DNA from: Flavobacteriales bacterium
GTDB taxonomy: Bacteria; Bacteroidota; Bacteroidia; Flavobacteriales; BACL11
Direction of reading: 5' to 3'
Assembly (NCBI GenBank): GCA_018645865.1
Contig: JABGVU010000099.1
Span: 5,291-69,290, forward strand
DNA length: 64,000 nt
A program made the position numbers and the translations under genes. Under the pieces are notes generated by a model. It was not told the DNA's origin. It saw nothing but the letters and a program-made list of their open reading frames with translations, and did no database searches. Below are positions 9,158 to 20,785 of the stretch, in pieces (the first letter of the stretch is position 1; each line of letters opens with the position of its first letter).

Positions 9158-10040
9158 CCCAGTATTATTAAACGAATGTATTGAAGGGTTAAGCATTAAG
9201 CCCACAGGAATTTATGTTGATGTTACCTTTGGTGGTGGTGGTCATTCCAAATTAATTTTAAAACATCTTGATGGAGGTAAGTTATATGCTTTTGATCAGG
9301 ATGAAAATGCGCATAAAAATGCTTTAGAAGGTGATATTTTTAAGTTGATTAATGCAAACTTCAGGCATCTTAAAAATTTCTTAAGAATGGAAGGTGTTCT
9401 TAAGATAGATGGATTGCTAGCTGATTTGGGAGTTTCCTCTCATCAGTTTGATGTTGCTGAAAGAGGTTTCTCTATTCGTTTTGATGGAGAGTTGGATATG
9501 AGAATGAATATCAATTCGCCTTTGTCGGCAAGAAGTGTAGTGAATGAATATACTCAGCAAGATTTGGCAAATGTTTTATTTAAGTATGGTGAGCTCAGAA
9601 ACTCAAGGTCTATTGCTAAAGAAATTATAAATGCTAGAGAAGTTGAGGATATTATTACTACAAATCAATTGATTGAGGTGGTATCTCATATGGTTCCTGA
9701 AAAAAAGAGAAATCAGTTTTTGGCACGTATTTTTCAAGCTATTCGTATTGAGGTAAATGATGAAATGAAAGCTTTGGAAGAAATGCTTTTAAGTGCAGTT
9801 GATATGTTGAATAAAGGTGGGCGCTTAGTGGTGCTTTCTTATCATTCACTGGAAGACAGAATGGTGAAAAATCTTATGAAGAAAGGAAATTTGGAAGGTG
9901 ATTTAGAAAAAGATTTTTTTGGAAATCCAATTAAAGATTTAAAAGAAATAACACGAAAAGTAATAGTAGCTACAGAAGAGCAAATAGCAGAAAACACTAG
10001 AGCTAGAAGTGCAAAATTACGCATAGCTGAAAAAAGTTAA
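9144..10040 (+). CDS. rsmH: 16S rRNA m4C1402 methyltransferase
   Basis: YHNPVLL, DVTFGGGGHS, DLGVSSHQFD, FQAIRIEVN, SYHSLEDR, RARSAKLR. Confidence 0.97.
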   Translation: MEYHNPVLLNECIEGLSIKPTGIYVDVTFGGGGHSKLILKHLDGGKLYAFDQDENAHKNALEGDIFKLINANFRHLKNFLRMEGVLKIDGLLADLGVSSHQFDVAERGFSIRFDGELDMRMNINSPLSARSVVNEYTQQDLANVLFKYGELRNSRSIAKEIINAREVEDIITTNQLIEVVSHMVPEKKRNQFLARIFQAIRIEVNDEMKALEEMLLSAVDMLNKGGRLVVLSYHSLEDRMVKNLMKKGNLEGDLEKDFFGNPIKDLKEITRKVIVATEEQIAENTRARSAKLRIAEKS

Positions 10041-10372
10041 TGAACACAATAAAAGGAAATAAAAGTTCATTGTTCTCTATCTTAAAAGGGGAGTTTATTG
10101 CGGACCAAAACAATCAAAAATACATTCCTTTTTTATTTTTTATTGTATTACTTATTTTATTGAATATTAGAATTTCTTTTAGGGCTGAACGCTTGTTAAA
10201 GGAATCTATTGCTTTGGAGCAAGATGTGGCAGATTTGCGCTTGGTTTATATCACTACAAAGTCTGATTTAATGAGCATGTACAGGAGGTCAGTTATTGAA
10301 GAAATTGTAGCAGATAATGGTTTAAAAACTTCATTGAATCCACCAATCATTATTGAAAGAAATAATGACTAA
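10040..10372 (+). CDS. ftsL: FtsL-like cell division protein
   Basis: Single TM plus coiled coil; position between rsmH and ftsI. Confidence 0.8.
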   Translation: MNTIKGNKSSLFSILKGEFIADQNNQKYIPFLFFIVLLILLNIRISFRAERLLKESIALEQDVADLRLVYITTKSDLMSMYRRSVIEEIVADNGLKTSLNPPIIIERNND

Positions 10373-12455
10373 AAAAACAGAAAATAAGAATGTTAGAATT
10401 ATAGGACTTTACCTATTCGTAATGCTTATTGCGGCAGGAATAGTTTCAAAAATTGTAACTGTACAGCAATTTAGCGAATCAATAAATACAAGTAGTCAGC
10501 CGAGATATTTTACAGTTGAAGCTCCAAGAGGAAATATTATTGCTGATGACGGAGCTTTGTTAGCAATCTCTATGCCGCTTTATGATGTTCGCTTAGATAT
10601 GAGTGTGATGAAAAAATTATTGTTTAAAGAAAATGTTGCTGAGCTTGCAGTTTTGTTGTCTAATCTGTTTGAAGATAAAACAGCTGAAGAATATGAATTG
10701 TTTTTAAATCAATCCAAAAGAGCAAAAAAGAACAAGTATATTTTATTACAAAACAAGGTAACGCACAATGAACTGAATGCTTTAAAGAAAATGCCAATAC
10801 TAAAATTAGGACAATATAAAGGAGGTTTAATAGCAGAACAAAGGCCGAATAGAGAGAAGCCATTTGGGTTATTGGCGCAAAGAACAGTAGGTGTGTTAAG
10901 AAATGTAAATCCTGTAGGGATTGAAAGGGCATTTAATCAAACTCTATCAGGAGTTGATGGTAAGCATTTGAAACGAAAAATTGAGAAAGGAATTTGGGTG
11001 CCACAGGATGCAGAAGGAAATAGATTGCCAAGAGCTGGAAATAATGTGATTACTACTATCAATACAGATATGCAAGATGTTGCTGAAAAAGCATTAGAAA
11101 ACACCTTGCTGAATCATGATGCCGATTGGGGTTGTGTGGTGTTGATGGAGGTGGAAACAGGAGAGGTAAAGGTAATTGCAAACTTGAAAAAACAGGAGGA
11201 TGGAAGTGTGAGAGAGCTGTTTAATTTTGCTATGGCTAAGCATGTTTCACCAGGCTCTACCTTTAAGTTAGCTTCAGTAATTGCAGGATTAGAAGATGGT
11301 TATTTTAAGGTTGAGGATTCTGTTAGAACTTATGGTGGGCAATTTAGTTTTTACGATAGGGTAATGAAGGATTCTAAATTAGGGTTGTATGATAATATCA
11401 CCATTAAGCGCGCTTTTATAAAGTCTTCTAATGTTGGTATTTCTCGTATTATTTTTGATAATTATAAAAGTAATCCTACTGCATTTACTGATAGGATTTA
11501 TAAAATGGGCTTAAGTACCCCTTTGGAATTAGAATTGCCTTTTCCAAATAATTTAAAATCACCAATTCCGAATAAAGGAAGTTGGTCAGGAGTTACTCTT
11601 CCTTGGATGTCAATTGGTTATGAAATGCAGTTAACTCCTATTCATATGCTTACTTTCTATAATGCGGTAGCCAATAAAGGAAAAATGGTAAAGCCAATGT
11701 TTACTTCAGCAATCAGTCGTAATGGGAAAATAATTAAAGAACATACTGCTCAGGTGATAAATCCTTCTATATGTTCCAAAGCAACTATTGATGCTGTAAT
11801 GCCTTTACTTGTTGGTGTGGTGGAAGAAGGGACTGCAAAAAATATAAAAACAAGTAATTATTTAATAGCAGGAAAAACAGGAACAACAGTGATTAATTTT
11901 AACAATCGATCGGAGGGGGAAGGGAAAGAGTATCAAGCTTCTTTTGCAGGTTTTTTCCCAGCTGATAATCCAAAATATTCTTGTATAGTGGTAGTAAATA
12001 ATCCTAAAGAAAACGGACATTATGGAGGGTCAGTTGCAGCTCCAATCTTTAAAGAATTAGCGGATAAAGTATATGCTTCTGATATGAGTATTCATAAAGC
12101 ATTGCAGCAATCAGATGCGCTTGCAAGCCTGCCTAAAGTGAAGCAAGGAAGTGTAGAGGAAGTAAATAAAGTATTGTCTGAATTTAAAATAAATACTACT
12201 TCAACTGATGAGCAATGGATGGTTTCAAAAACATCAAAAAATGAAGTTCTTTTAGAAGTAAGAAAAATAGAGAGAGATTTACAAAATGGAAATATGCCTG
12301 ATTTAAGAGGAATGGGAATTCAGGATGCGATTTACTTGTTAGAGTCCTATGGATTAATTGTTAAAATTATTGGAAGTGGAGCTGTGCAATCTCAGTCCAT
12401 TGCAAAAGGAGTGCGTTTTACAAAAGGGAGTATTATTAAATTAGAGTTAGCCTAA
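10365..12455 (+). CDS. ftsI: Division transpeptidase (PBP3/FtsI) with C-terminal PASTA domain
   Basis: RGNI, SxxK (PGSTFK), SxN (SSN), KTG motifs; MPDLRGM PASTA repeat. Confidence 0.93.
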   Translation: MTKKTENKNVRIIGLYLFVMLIAAGIVSKIVTVQQFSESINTSSQPRYFTVEAPRGNIIADDGALLAISMPLYDVRLDMSVMKKLLFKENVAELAVLLSNLFEDKTAEEYELFLNQSKRAKKNKYILLQNKVTHNELNALKKMPILKLGQYKGGLIAEQRPNREKPFGLLAQRTVGVLRNVNPVGIERAFNQTLSGVDGKHLKRKIEKGIWVPQDAEGNRLPRAGNNVITTINTDMQDVAEKALENTLLNHDADWGCVVLMEVETGEVKVIANLKKQEDGSVRELFNFAMAKHVSPGSTFKLASVIAGLEDGYFKVEDSVRTYGGQFSFYDRVMKDSKLGLYDNITIKRAFIKSSNVGISRIIFDNYKSNPTAFTDRIYKMGLSTPLELELPFPNNLKSPIPNKGSWSGVTLPWMSIGYEMQLTPIHMLTFYNAVANKGKMVKPMFTSAISRNGKIIKEHTAQVINPSICSKATIDAVMPLLVGVVEEGTAKNIKTSNYLIAGKTGTTVINFNNRSEGEGKEYQASFAGFFPADNPKYSCIVVVNNPKENGHYGGSVAAPIFKELADKVYASDMSIHKALQQSDALASLPKVKQGSVEEVNKVLSEFKINTTSTDEQWMVSKTSKNEVLLEVRKIERDLQNGNMPDLRGMGIQDAIYLLESYGLIVKIIGSGAVQSQSIAKGVRFTKGSIIKLELA

Positions 12456-13915
12456 TGAACTTACAAGAACTATTATATAAAGTAAGTGTTTTAAAAGTAG
12501 TAGGGACTACTAATATTGAGGTTCTTGATATTGCTTTTGATTCTAGAAAAGTAAAAGTAAATTCCTTATTTATTGCGGTGAAAGGAACGCAATCTGATGG
12601 GCATACTTATATTTCACAAACAATAAAAGCAGGTGTTTCAGTTATTGTTTTGGAAGATATGCCAGCTGATTTGGATGATAAAACGACTTATATTCAAGTG
12701 GAAGATAGTAGTATTGCTTTAGGAATTATTGCAGCTAATTTTTATGAGAATCCTTCTGGAAAGTTAAAATTAGTTGGAATTACTGGAACTAATGGTAAAA
12801 CTACAATAGTCAGTTTGTTGAGTCAAATATTTACTTTATTGAATGTAAAAGTAGGTATGCTGTCTACAATACAAAATAAAATTATTGATGAAGTTATTCC
12901 ATCAACTCATACTACTCCTGATGCTTTGCATCTTAATTTTTTATTGAATAGAATGATCAAGGAAGGTTGTAAATATTGTTTTATGGAAGTAAGTTCTCAT
13001 GCTATTGCACAAGGAAGAATCTCAGGGTTAAATTTTTCAGGTGGTATATTTACTAATATCACTCAGGATCATTTAGACTATCATAACACCTTTACTGAAT
13101 ACCGTGATGTAAAAAAATCCTTCTTTGATATTTTACCAAAATCAGCTTTTGCACTTAGCAATAAAGATGATAAAAATGGCATGAAAATGCTAGAGGGAAC
13201 GAAAGCTAAAAAATGTACTTATGCACTTAAGTCAGTTGCGGATTATAAATGCAGGGTACTTGAAAATCAGTTTGAGGGGCTGCTGTTAAATATCAATAAA
13301 GTAGATGTTTCGGTTAAATTGATTGGGGATTTTAATGCTTACAATATGCTTTCAGTTTATGCTGTTACTAATCTTTTTGATTTTGAGGATAATGAGGTGC
13401 TTACAGCATTGAGTATGCTCACTGCAGTTGAGGGAAGGTTTCAGTATTTGCAATCCAAAGAAAAGATTACTGCAATAGTGGATTATGCTCATACGGATGA
13501 TGCATTAAAGAATGTAATTTCTACAATAAATAATATCAGATCCAATTCCGAACAATTAATAACGGTTGTTGGTTGCGGCGGTGATAGAGATAAAACAAAG
13601 CGACCATTAATGGCAGCTGTTGCTTGTAACTTAAGTAATCAGGTTATTCTTACTGCAGATAATCCTAGGTCAGAAAGTCCTAATGCAATTATAGAAGATA
13701 TGTTAGAAGGATTAGATCTTATTCAAAAGAAGAAGGTATTAGTAATTACGGATAGAGCTCAGGCGATTAAAACAGCTTGTCGCTTAGCAAATACCAATGA
13801 TATTGTATTGGTTTCTGGCAAAGGGCATGAGAAATATCAAGAAATTAATGGAGAAAAATTTCCATTTGACGATTTAGAAGAACTCAAACAATCATTAAAT
13901 ATAATTATACAATAA
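12455..13915 (+). CDS. murE: UDP-MurNAc-tripeptide synthetase
   Basis: [38 protein letters not shown]. Confidence 0.96.
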   Translation: MNLQELLYKVSVLKVVGTTNIEVLDIAFDSRKVKVNSLFIAVKGTQSDGHTYISQTIKAGVSVIVLEDMPADLDDKTTYIQVEDSSIALGIIAANFYENPSGKLKLVGITGTNGKTTIVSLLSQIFTLLNVKVGMLSTIQNKIIDEVIPSTHTTPDALHLNFLLNRMIKEGCKYCFMEVSSHAIAQGRISGLNFSGGIFTNITQDHLDYHNTFTEYRDVKKSFFDILPKSAFALSNKDDKNGMKMLEGTKAKKCTYALKSVADYKCRVLENQFEGLLLNINKVDVSVKLIGDFNAYNMLSVYAVTNLFDFEDNEVLTALSMLTAVEGRFQYLQSKEKITAIVDYAHTDDALKNVISTINNIRSNSEQLITVVGCGGDRDKTKRPLMAAVACNLSNQVILTADNPRSESPNAIIEDMLEGLDLIQKKKVLVITDRAQAIKTACRLANTNDIVLVSGKGHEKYQEINGEKFPFDDLEELKQSLNIIIQ

Positions 13916-15129
13916 TGTTATACTACTTATTTGAATACTTACAAAGTGCTTATGATTTTCCTGGAGCAGGATTGTTCCAGTATATTTCTTTTCGTGCAGC
14001 AATGGCAATCATTACTTCTCTTTTAGTGTCCTTAGTTTCTGGGGGCAAAATCATCAATATTATCCGTAATAAACAAATTGGTGAGCAAGTAAGAGAATTA
14101 GGTTTGATAGGAGAAGAGCGTAAAAAAGGAACGCCAACTATGGGAGGATTAATCATCTTAGCAGCTATTCTTATTCCTACTTTATTGTTTACTAAACTAG
14201 ATAATATTTACATCATTATTATGATAGTTTCTACACTATGGCTTGGTGTTATTGGATTTATTGATGATTATATCAAAGTGTACAAAAAAGATAAAGAAGG
14301 ATTGGCAGGAAGGTTTAAGATTTTAGGTCAAGTTGGGATTGGTTTAATTGTAGGTTTAGTGATGGTTTTTCATGAAGATATTGTGGTGAAAGAAGATATT
14401 AAAATTTCTGTTGACACTGAAATAATTGGTTCGGTTGATTTAGCTAAGAAATCTTCAAAAACAACAACTCCTTTCTTTAAGAATAATGAATTTGACTATC
14501 AAGATCTAACTTCTTGGATGGGAGATTCTGCAAAAGATTACGCTTGGATATTCTTTATTCTGATAGTGGTAATTATCATAACAGCAGTTTCCAATGGAGC
14601 AAATATGACGGATGGCTTAGATGGCTTAGCGACAGGGACTTCAGCAATTATTGGTGCCACACTTGTCCTTTTCGCATATGTGTCTGGTAACATAATTGCT
14701 GCCGATTATTTAAATATAATGTATATTCCTAATACAGGAGAATTGGTAATTTATATGTCTGCTTTTGTGGGAGCTTGTGTAGGGTTTATGTGGTACAATT
14801 CTTATCCAGCACAAGTATTTATGGGTGATACGGGTTCTTTGGCCTTAGGAGGTATTATTGCGGTAGTTGCTATCCTAATTCGTAAAGAATTACTTATCCC
14901 TATTTTGTGTGGGATATTTTTAATTGAAAATGTATCAGTAATGCTACAAGTTGGTTATTTCAAATACACAAAAAAGAGATATGGTATTGGGAAGCGTATC
15001 TTTAAGATGGCTCCATTGCATCATCACTACCAGAAATTGGGAATGCATGAAAGTAAAATTGTAACAAGGTTTTGGATTATTGGAATCATGTTAGCAGTTA
15101 TAACAATAGTTACTTTAAAACTGAGGTAA
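13915..15129 (+). CDS. mraY: Phospho-MurNAc-pentapeptide transferase
   Basis: [40 protein letters not shown]. Confidence 0.97.
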   Translation: MLYYLFEYLQSAYDFPGAGLFQYISFRAAMAIITSLLVSLVSGGKIINIIRNKQIGEQVRELGLIGEERKKGTPTMGGLIILAAILIPTLLFTKLDNIYIIIMIVSTLWLGVIGFIDDYIKVYKKDKEGLAGRFKILGQVGIGLIVGLVMVFHEDIVVKEDIKISVDTEIIGSVDLAKKSSKTTTPFFKNNEFDYQDLTSWMGDSAKDYAWIFFILIVVIIITAVSNGANMTDGLDGLATGTSAIIGATLVLFAYVSGNIIAADYLNIMYIPNTGELVIYMSAFVGACVGFMWYNSYPAQVFMGDTGSLALGGIIAVVAILIRKELLIPILCGIFLIENVSVMLQVGYFKYTKKRYGIGKRIFKMAPLHHHYQKLGMHESKIVTRFWIIGIMLAVITIVTLKLR

Positions 15130-16448
15130 TGGTAAAAAGAATAGTTGTACTAGGTGCAGGACTTAGTGGAGTTGGGGCGGCTGTTTTAGCAAAGAAGAAA
15201 GGGTTTAATGTTTTTGTTTCGGATAAAGGAACAATCACGGATAAAAATAAAGTAGTTCTGTTAAATAATGAAATTGAGTGGGAGGAGCAAAAGCACTCAT
15301 CTGAAAGTATTTTAAATGGGGATGAGGTAATTAAAAGTCCAGGAATTCCTGATAATGTAGATTTGATTCAGCAATTAATTGCAAAAGAGATTCCAGTAAT
15401 TTCTGAAATAGAATTTGCTTTTAGATATACCAATGCAAAAATTGCAGCTATTACAGGCAGTAACGGAAAAACCACAACTACTTTACTGCTTGGGCATGTA
15501 CTGAAAAGTGCAGGCTATGATGTGCTAGTTGCAGGAAATGTAGGTGTTGGGTTTGCGCTTTCTTTATCTGAACGTGATTATGATTATATCGTTTTGGAAT
15601 TGAGTAGTTTCCAGTTGGATGGTATTCAGAAATTCAGAAGTGATGTTGCTATATTGTTAAATATTACTGCTGATCATTTGGATAGATATAATAATAAACT
15701 GGAAAATTATGCTGCATCAAAATTCAGGATTACAGAAAATCAAACTACGGAAGATGTACTAATTTATAATGCAGATGATGCAATGATGAAGGGACTCACG
15801 ACAAAAGCAAAAAAACTTCCAATCTCATTAACTACTAAGCAAGCAGAAGGAGGGTTTTACAATAACAATGAAATAATAATTAATTTAAATAATAATACTA
15901 TGACAATGCAAGAATTAGCTCTACAAGGTAAGCACAATATTTTTAACTCAATGGCAGCCGCTATTGCAGCAAGAGTTTTTGAAGTAAAGGATACAATTAT
16001 TCGTCAAGCAATGATTGATTTCCAAAATATTGAACACAGATTGGAATATGTGCTTACAGTACATGGTATCGATTTTATTAACGATTCAAAAGCAACTAAT
16101 GTAAATGCCTGTTGGTATTCTCTGGAAAGTATGACTAAAGAAGTGGTTTGGATAGTTGGCGGGGTAGATAAAGGAAATGACTATGTTGAGTTAACTGAAA
16201 TGGTTGATAAAAAGGTAAAGGCAATTATTTGTTTAGGAGAAAATAATGAAAACATTATTTCAGCTTTCAAAGGAAAAGTAGAAATTATTCTTCAGGCATC
16301 AAGTATGAAAGAGGCTGTACATCAATCTTATGCATTAGCGGATAAGCAGGATGTTGTTTTGTTATCTCCAGCTTGTGCGAGTTTTGATTTATTTGCTAAT
16401 TATGAGGATAGAGGTATGCAGTTTAAAAAACAAGTTCGTAATCTGTAA
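15129..16448 (+). CDS. murD: UDP-MurNAc-L-Ala--D-Glu ligase
   Basis: ITGSNGKTTT, ELSSFQL, DHLDRY, NDSKATN, LSPACASFD; start at TAATG overlap with mraY. Confidence 0.96.
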   Translation: MVKRIVVLGAGLSGVGAAVLAKKKGFNVFVSDKGTITDKNKVVLLNNEIEWEEQKHSSESILNGDEVIKSPGIPDNVDLIQQLIAKEIPVISEIEFAFRYTNAKIAAITGSNGKTTTTLLLGHVLKSAGYDVLVAGNVGVGFALSLSERDYDYIVLELSSFQLDGIQKFRSDVAILLNITADHLDRYNNKLENYAASKFRITENQTTEDVLIYNADDAMMKGLTTKAKKLPISLTTKQAEGGFYNNNEIIINLNNNTMTMQELALQGKHNIFNSMAAAIAARVFEVKDTIIRQAMIDFQNIEHRLEYVLTVHGIDFINDSKATNVNACWYSLESMTKEVVWIVGGVDKGNDYVELTEMVDKKVKAIICLGENNENIISAFKGKVEIILQASSMKEAVHQSYALADKQDVVLLSPACASFDLFANYEDRGMQFKKQVRNL

Positions 16449-17579
16449 ATGAGCTCTTGGATAAAAAATATCAATTTAGAGGGAGATAGAACAATTTGGG
16501 GAGTAGTCCTTGCTTTGTCTTTATCTTCTGTATTAGTAGTTTATAGTACTGCTGGTTGGCATTTTTTATTTAGTCATATTACTAAATTATTACTGGGTTT
16601 GTTTGCTATGTATGTTGTGCATAAAATTAAGTTTAAGTATTTTTCAAAAATAGGACAGATAGGATTCCTATTTAGCTTGTTTTTACTTGTGTTAGTTTTG
16701 CTTATAGGAGTAAGTGTTAACGGAGCATCAAGGTGGTTACAATTTGCAAATCTTCAATTTCAACCTTCTGATGTAGCCAAGTTGGCAATACTCGTCTATA
16801 TCGCAAGGCAGATTAGTAAGCAAAGGGATTATCTTCATGATTTTAAGGAATTATTTTGGCATGTTTTAGGACCTTTGATTTTGGTGTGTGTTTTAATTTT
16901 ACCAAATAATTTTTCAACAGCAGCATTGGTCTTTATTAATGGTTTGATGCTGATGTTTGTTGGAAAAATTCGTGTTAAATTTATTGCGGCGATTATTGGT
17001 TTTGCTTTTTTAGGAGCACTTACTATTTATGCTACTGCTAAATTTAATTCTTTAGGAACAAAAATTATGCCTAGGTCAGCTACTTGGGTAAGTCGTATTG
17101 ATAGTTTTTTTACTGATGCTGAGGGAGATGAGCAATCGAAAGATTTTCAGCAAACACAAGCATTGGTAGCCATACAAAATGGAGGGATGACAGGAGTGGG
17201 TCCTGGAAAAAGTATCCAAAGAAATATTTTACCTTATTCATCTTCCGATTTTATTTACGCTATTATCATTGAGGAGTATGGTTTGTTTGGAGGTGTATTA
17301 ATTTTGTTGTTTTATCTGATTTTAATGTTTAGAGCCATTAGAATTGCACTGAGAGTGAAGAGTGTATTTGGTAGTTTGCTAGTTACAGGTTTAATGTTTT
17401 CTTTAGTTTTTCAAGCCTTAATAAACATGTTAGTTTCGGTAGAAGTATTGCCAGTTACAGGGCAAACCCTACCACTGATAAGTATGGGAGGAACCTCAAT
17501 TGTATTTTCGTGTATTGCAATTGGGATAGTATTGAGTGTAAGTAGAGATGCAACAGATAGAAAGTATGAAAAAGCTTAA
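16449..17579 (+). CDS. ftsW: Cell division SEDS protein FtsW
   Basis: GASRW, FQPSD, SDFIYAIIIEEYG, PVTGQTLPLISMGGTS. Confidence 0.95.
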   Translation: MSSWIKNINLEGDRTIWGVVLALSLSSVLVVYSTAGWHFLFSHITKLLLGLFAMYVVHKIKFKYFSKIGQIGFLFSLFLLVLVLLIGVSVNGASRWLQFANLQFQPSDVAKLAILVYIARQISKQRDYLHDFKELFWHVLGPLILVCVLILPNNFSTAALVFINGLMLMFVGKIRVKFIAAIIGFAFLGALTIYATAKFNSLGTKIMPRSATWVSRIDSFFTDAEGDEQSKDFQQTQALVAIQNGGMTGVGPGKSIQRNILPYSSSDFIYAIIIEEYGLFGGVLILLFYLILMFRAIRIALRVKSVFGSLLVTGLMFSLVFQALINMLVSVEVLPVTGQTLPLISMGGTSIVFSCIAIGIVLSVSRDATDRKYEKA

Positions 17580-18666
17580 AGTAATTATTAGTGGAGGTGG
17601 TACGGGAGGACATATTTTTCCTGCCCTAGCAATTGCAAAAGCAATAGAAAAAAAAGTGGAGAAAGTAGAGTTTCTATTTGTTGGTGCTGTAGATAGAATG
17701 GAAATGGAAAAAATTCCAGCAGCGGGATATAAAATTGTTGGACTTTGGATTAGTGGCTTGCAAAGAAAACTTAGTATACGTAATTTATTATTTCCTTTTA
17801 AATTGATAAGTAGCTTGCTAAAAGCAAGAAAAATTATTAAACAATTTAAACCTGATTTAGCAATTGGAACTGGGGGTTATGCTAGTGGTCCTTTGCTTTT
17901 TTTAGCTGCTCATAAAGGAGTTCCCTCTCTTATTCAAGAGCAAAATTCTTATCCAGGTATTACTAATAAAATTTTAGCAAAATATGTTAAAAAGGTTTGC
18001 GTAGCTTATGATAATATGGAGAGATTTTTTGGAAATGAAAAAATGATTATTACAGGAAACCCTATCCGTGAGGATATTTTAAGTTTTGACACAAAAGTTG
18101 AGGCAGGAAGAAAGCTATTTAATTTAGATGTTTCAAAACCAACTGTTTTGGTTGTAGGCGGTAGTTTAGGTGCACATACAATAAATAATGCTATTGCTAA
18201 AAATATAACTGATTTTAAAACCGCTGAGATTAATTTAATTTGGCAAACAGGAATTTCTTTTCAGAATCAAGCTAAAAAAATTACTAATCAGGTTGGTATG
18301 ATTGGAATACAGGCGTATACTTTTATAAAAGAAATGGATTTAGCCTATGCTGCTGCTGATGTTATTGTTTCGCGTGCCGGAGCAATTGCTATTTCAGAAT
18401 TGTGTTGCGTAGGAAAGCCAATTATTTTGGTTCCTTCTCCTAATGTGTCTGAAAATCATCAGTATAAAAATGCACAATCCTTAGTTAATAAGAATGCTGC
18501 TTTACTTGTTAAGGATAGGCATGCAAGCCGTAAACTTGTGCTTATGCTGTTGGAATTATTAACAAATAGTGGTAAGCAAGAAAAGTTAAGTAATAATATT
18601 AAAAAATTAGCGGTGAAAGATGCTGCAGATAAGATTGCAGAAATTGCATTGGGTTTAATAGAATGA
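17566..18666 (+). CDS. murG: Lipid I N-acetylglucosaminyltransferase
   Basis: GGGTGGHIFP, GTGGYAS, EQNSYPG, GGSLGA, SRAGA, HQYKNA. Confidence 0.97.
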   Translation: MKKLKVIISGGGTGGHIFPALAIAKAIEKKVEKVEFLFVGAVDRMEMEKIPAAGYKIVGLWISGLQRKLSIRNLLFPFKLISSLLKARKIIKQFKPDLAIGTGGYASGPLLFLAAHKGVPSLIQEQNSYPGITNKILAKYVKKVCVAYDNMERFFGNEKMIITGNPIREDILSFDTKVEAGRKLFNLDVSKPTVLVVGGSLGAHTINNAIAKNITDFKTAEINLIWQTGISFQNQAKKITNQVGMIGIQAYTFIKEMDLAYAAADVIVSRAGAIAISELCCVGKPIILVPSPNVSENHQYKNAQSLVNKNAALLVKDRHASRKLVLMLLELLTNSGKQEKLSNNIKKLAVKDAADKIAEIALGLIE

Positions 18667-20063
18667 ATATAGATTTATACAAACATATTTACCTAATTGG
18701 TATTGGAGGAATTGGAATGAGTGCTTTGGCACGCTATTTTAATGCTCATGGAAAACAAATTTATGGTTATGATAAAGTGCAATCGGATTTATGTTATGAA
18801 CTAGAAAGTGAAGGGATTCAAATTCATTACAATGATGCAACAGAAAATATCCCGCAATGCATACAAGAAGCTATTTATAATGAAATTTTAGTTATTTATA
18901 CTCCTGCCATTTCTGAGGAAAATATAGTGTTAAGTTATTTTAAGGATAAAGGATTTAAGTTGCACAAAAGAGCTGAAGTGTTAGGGATGATAAGTAAAGA
19001 ATCCTTTACTATTGCTGTTGCAGGTACACATGGTAAAACAACAACTTCAGCAATTTTGGCTCATGTTTTGAATCATGCGGGGAAACAATCCACTGCCTTT
19101 TTAGGGGGAATAAGCAAGAATTATAATACAAATTTGATGTTAGCTGAAAAAGGAAATATCCTTATTGTGGAAGCAGATGAATACGATAAATCTTTTTTGC
19201 AATTACACCCTGATGTAGCAATTATCACTTCTGTGGATGCTGATCATTTGGATATTTATAAGGATAAACAAGATTTACATAATGCATTTAAGCAGTTTGC
19301 ATCTCAAATAAAACCCAATGGTTTATTATTGTTGGAGGATTCCATAACAATTGATTTTCCAACTCCTGATCAGGCAATGAAGTTGACTTATTCAGCAGTA
19401 AATAAAGCGGATTACTCAGCTGAAAATATAGAAGTGAAAGAAGGAAAAATGGTTTTTGATTTGACAGCTATGGGTATTATGCCAAGCATGACATATGAAA
19501 AAAAGCAACAAGGACTATCATTTATTTTGCCAGGAATACACAATGTAAGTAATGCAATTGCTGCTTCAGCGGTAGCCTGTTATTTAGGACTTTCTTGTGA
19601 AGATATTGTAAGAGGATTAAACACTTTTAAAGGAATAAATAGAAGATTTGATGTTCATATCAATACTCAAGAATTAGCTTATGTTGATGATTATGCACAT
19701 CATCCTCAAGAAGTAAGTGCCACAATAAATGCAGCAAAACTTTTATTTCCTGAGCGAGAGATTACTGTAGTGTTCCAACCGCATTTATTTTCTCGAACTA
19801 AGGATTTTTATCAAGAGTTTGCAGTTTCATTGTCTTTAGCCGATCAGCTTATTTTATTAGATATATATCCTGCAAGAGAATTGCCAATTGAGGGTGTAAA
19901 CTCTAGAATGTTGTTGGATTTGTGTACCAGTCCAAAAAAAGAAACATGTAGTAAACAGGAGTTATTAAAAATATTGAAAGGAGAAAATTTAGATGTGTTG
20001 ATGACATTAGGAGCTGGAGATATTGGTGCTTTGGCACAGCCCATAAAACATTTGCTTAACTAA
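18663..20063 (+). CDS. murC: UDP-MurNAc--L-alanine ligase
   Basis: GIGGIGMSALA, AGTHGKTTT, EADEYD, DDYAHHP, FQPHLFSRT. Confidence 0.97.
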   Translation: MNIDLYKHIYLIGIGGIGMSALARYFNAHGKQIYGYDKVQSDLCYELESEGIQIHYNDATENIPQCIQEAIYNEILVIYTPAISEENIVLSYFKDKGFKLHKRAEVLGMISKESFTIAVAGTHGKTTTSAILAHVLNHAGKQSTAFLGGISKNYNTNLMLAEKGNILIVEADEYDKSFLQLHPDVAIITSVDADHLDIYKDKQDLHNAFKQFASQIKPNGLLLLEDSITIDFPTPDQAMKLTYSAVNKADYSAENIEVKEGKMVFDLTAMGIMPSMTYEKKQQGLSFILPGIHNVSNAIAASAVACYLGLSCEDIVRGLNTFKGINRRFDVHINTQELAYVDDYAHHPQEVSATINAAKLLFPEREITVVFQPHLFSRTKDFYQEFAVSLSLADQLILLDIYPARELPIEGVNSRMLLDLCTSPKKETCSKQELLKILKGENLDVLMTLGAGDIGALAQPIKHLLN

Positions 20064-20782
20064 TGAAAAAGGTATTGCAAATATTAAAGTGGGGAATGCT
20101 ATTGTCTTTGATGCTTGTTGTTTTGGCGTTTACGAATCAAAAGCAAAATAAGCAAATGATATTCTTAAGTCAAATCAATATTGAAATGTCAGAAGATAAA
20201 TTTATGACCGAGCAAATTGCATTAAAATATATTGAACAACATGATTTTAATTTTGATAGTATTACCCTTTCAAATTCTTATTTGAACGAATTGGAGATAG
20301 CTTTTTTACAGCATCCAGCTATTAAAAATGCAGAAGTATATAGCAATCAAGAAGGCGTGATGAATATTAACTTACAACAAAGAAAGGTAGCAGTTCGTAT
20401 TAAAACTGATAATGCCGATTATTACTTGGATGAACAAGGAATGAGAATGCCTTTGTCAAGCGAATACACTCCAAGAGTTTTGGTTGTGACTGGGGAAGTA
20501 AATGAATCTCATCATTCTAGTATTTTCAGTTTTGTAGAAAAAATAAATAAGGATAAATTCTGGAAATCACAAATTAATCAGGTGCATTTCTACAATAAGG
20601 AAGTAATTATTATTCCCAGGGTAGGTAGTCAGAAAATACATTTTGGAGCACTTACAGATGTGAATGAGAAATTAGGAAATTTATATCAGTTTTATAAACA
20701 AGCAATGCCTGTTAAAGGGTGGCAAACCTATAGTGACATTAGTTTAGCATATAATAATCAAATTGTTTGCACAAAAAAATAA
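20063..20782 (+). CDS. ftsQ: Cell division protein FtsQ/DivIB
   Basis: N-terminal TM, POTRA-like region, C-terminal QIVCTKK; between murC and ftsA. Confidence 0.85.
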   Translation: MKKVLQILKWGMLLSLMLVVLAFTNQKQNKQMIFLSQINIEMSEDKFMTEQIALKYIEQHDFNFDSITLSNSYLNELEIAFLQHPAIKNAEVYSNQEGVMNINLQQRKVAVRIKTDNADYYLDEQGMRMPLSSEYTPRVLVVTGEVNESHHSSIFSFVEKINKDKFWKSQINQVHFYNKEVIIIPRVGSQKIHFGALTDVNEKLGNLYQFYKQAMPVKGWQTYSDISLAYNNQIVCTKK

Positions 20783-20785
20783 GAA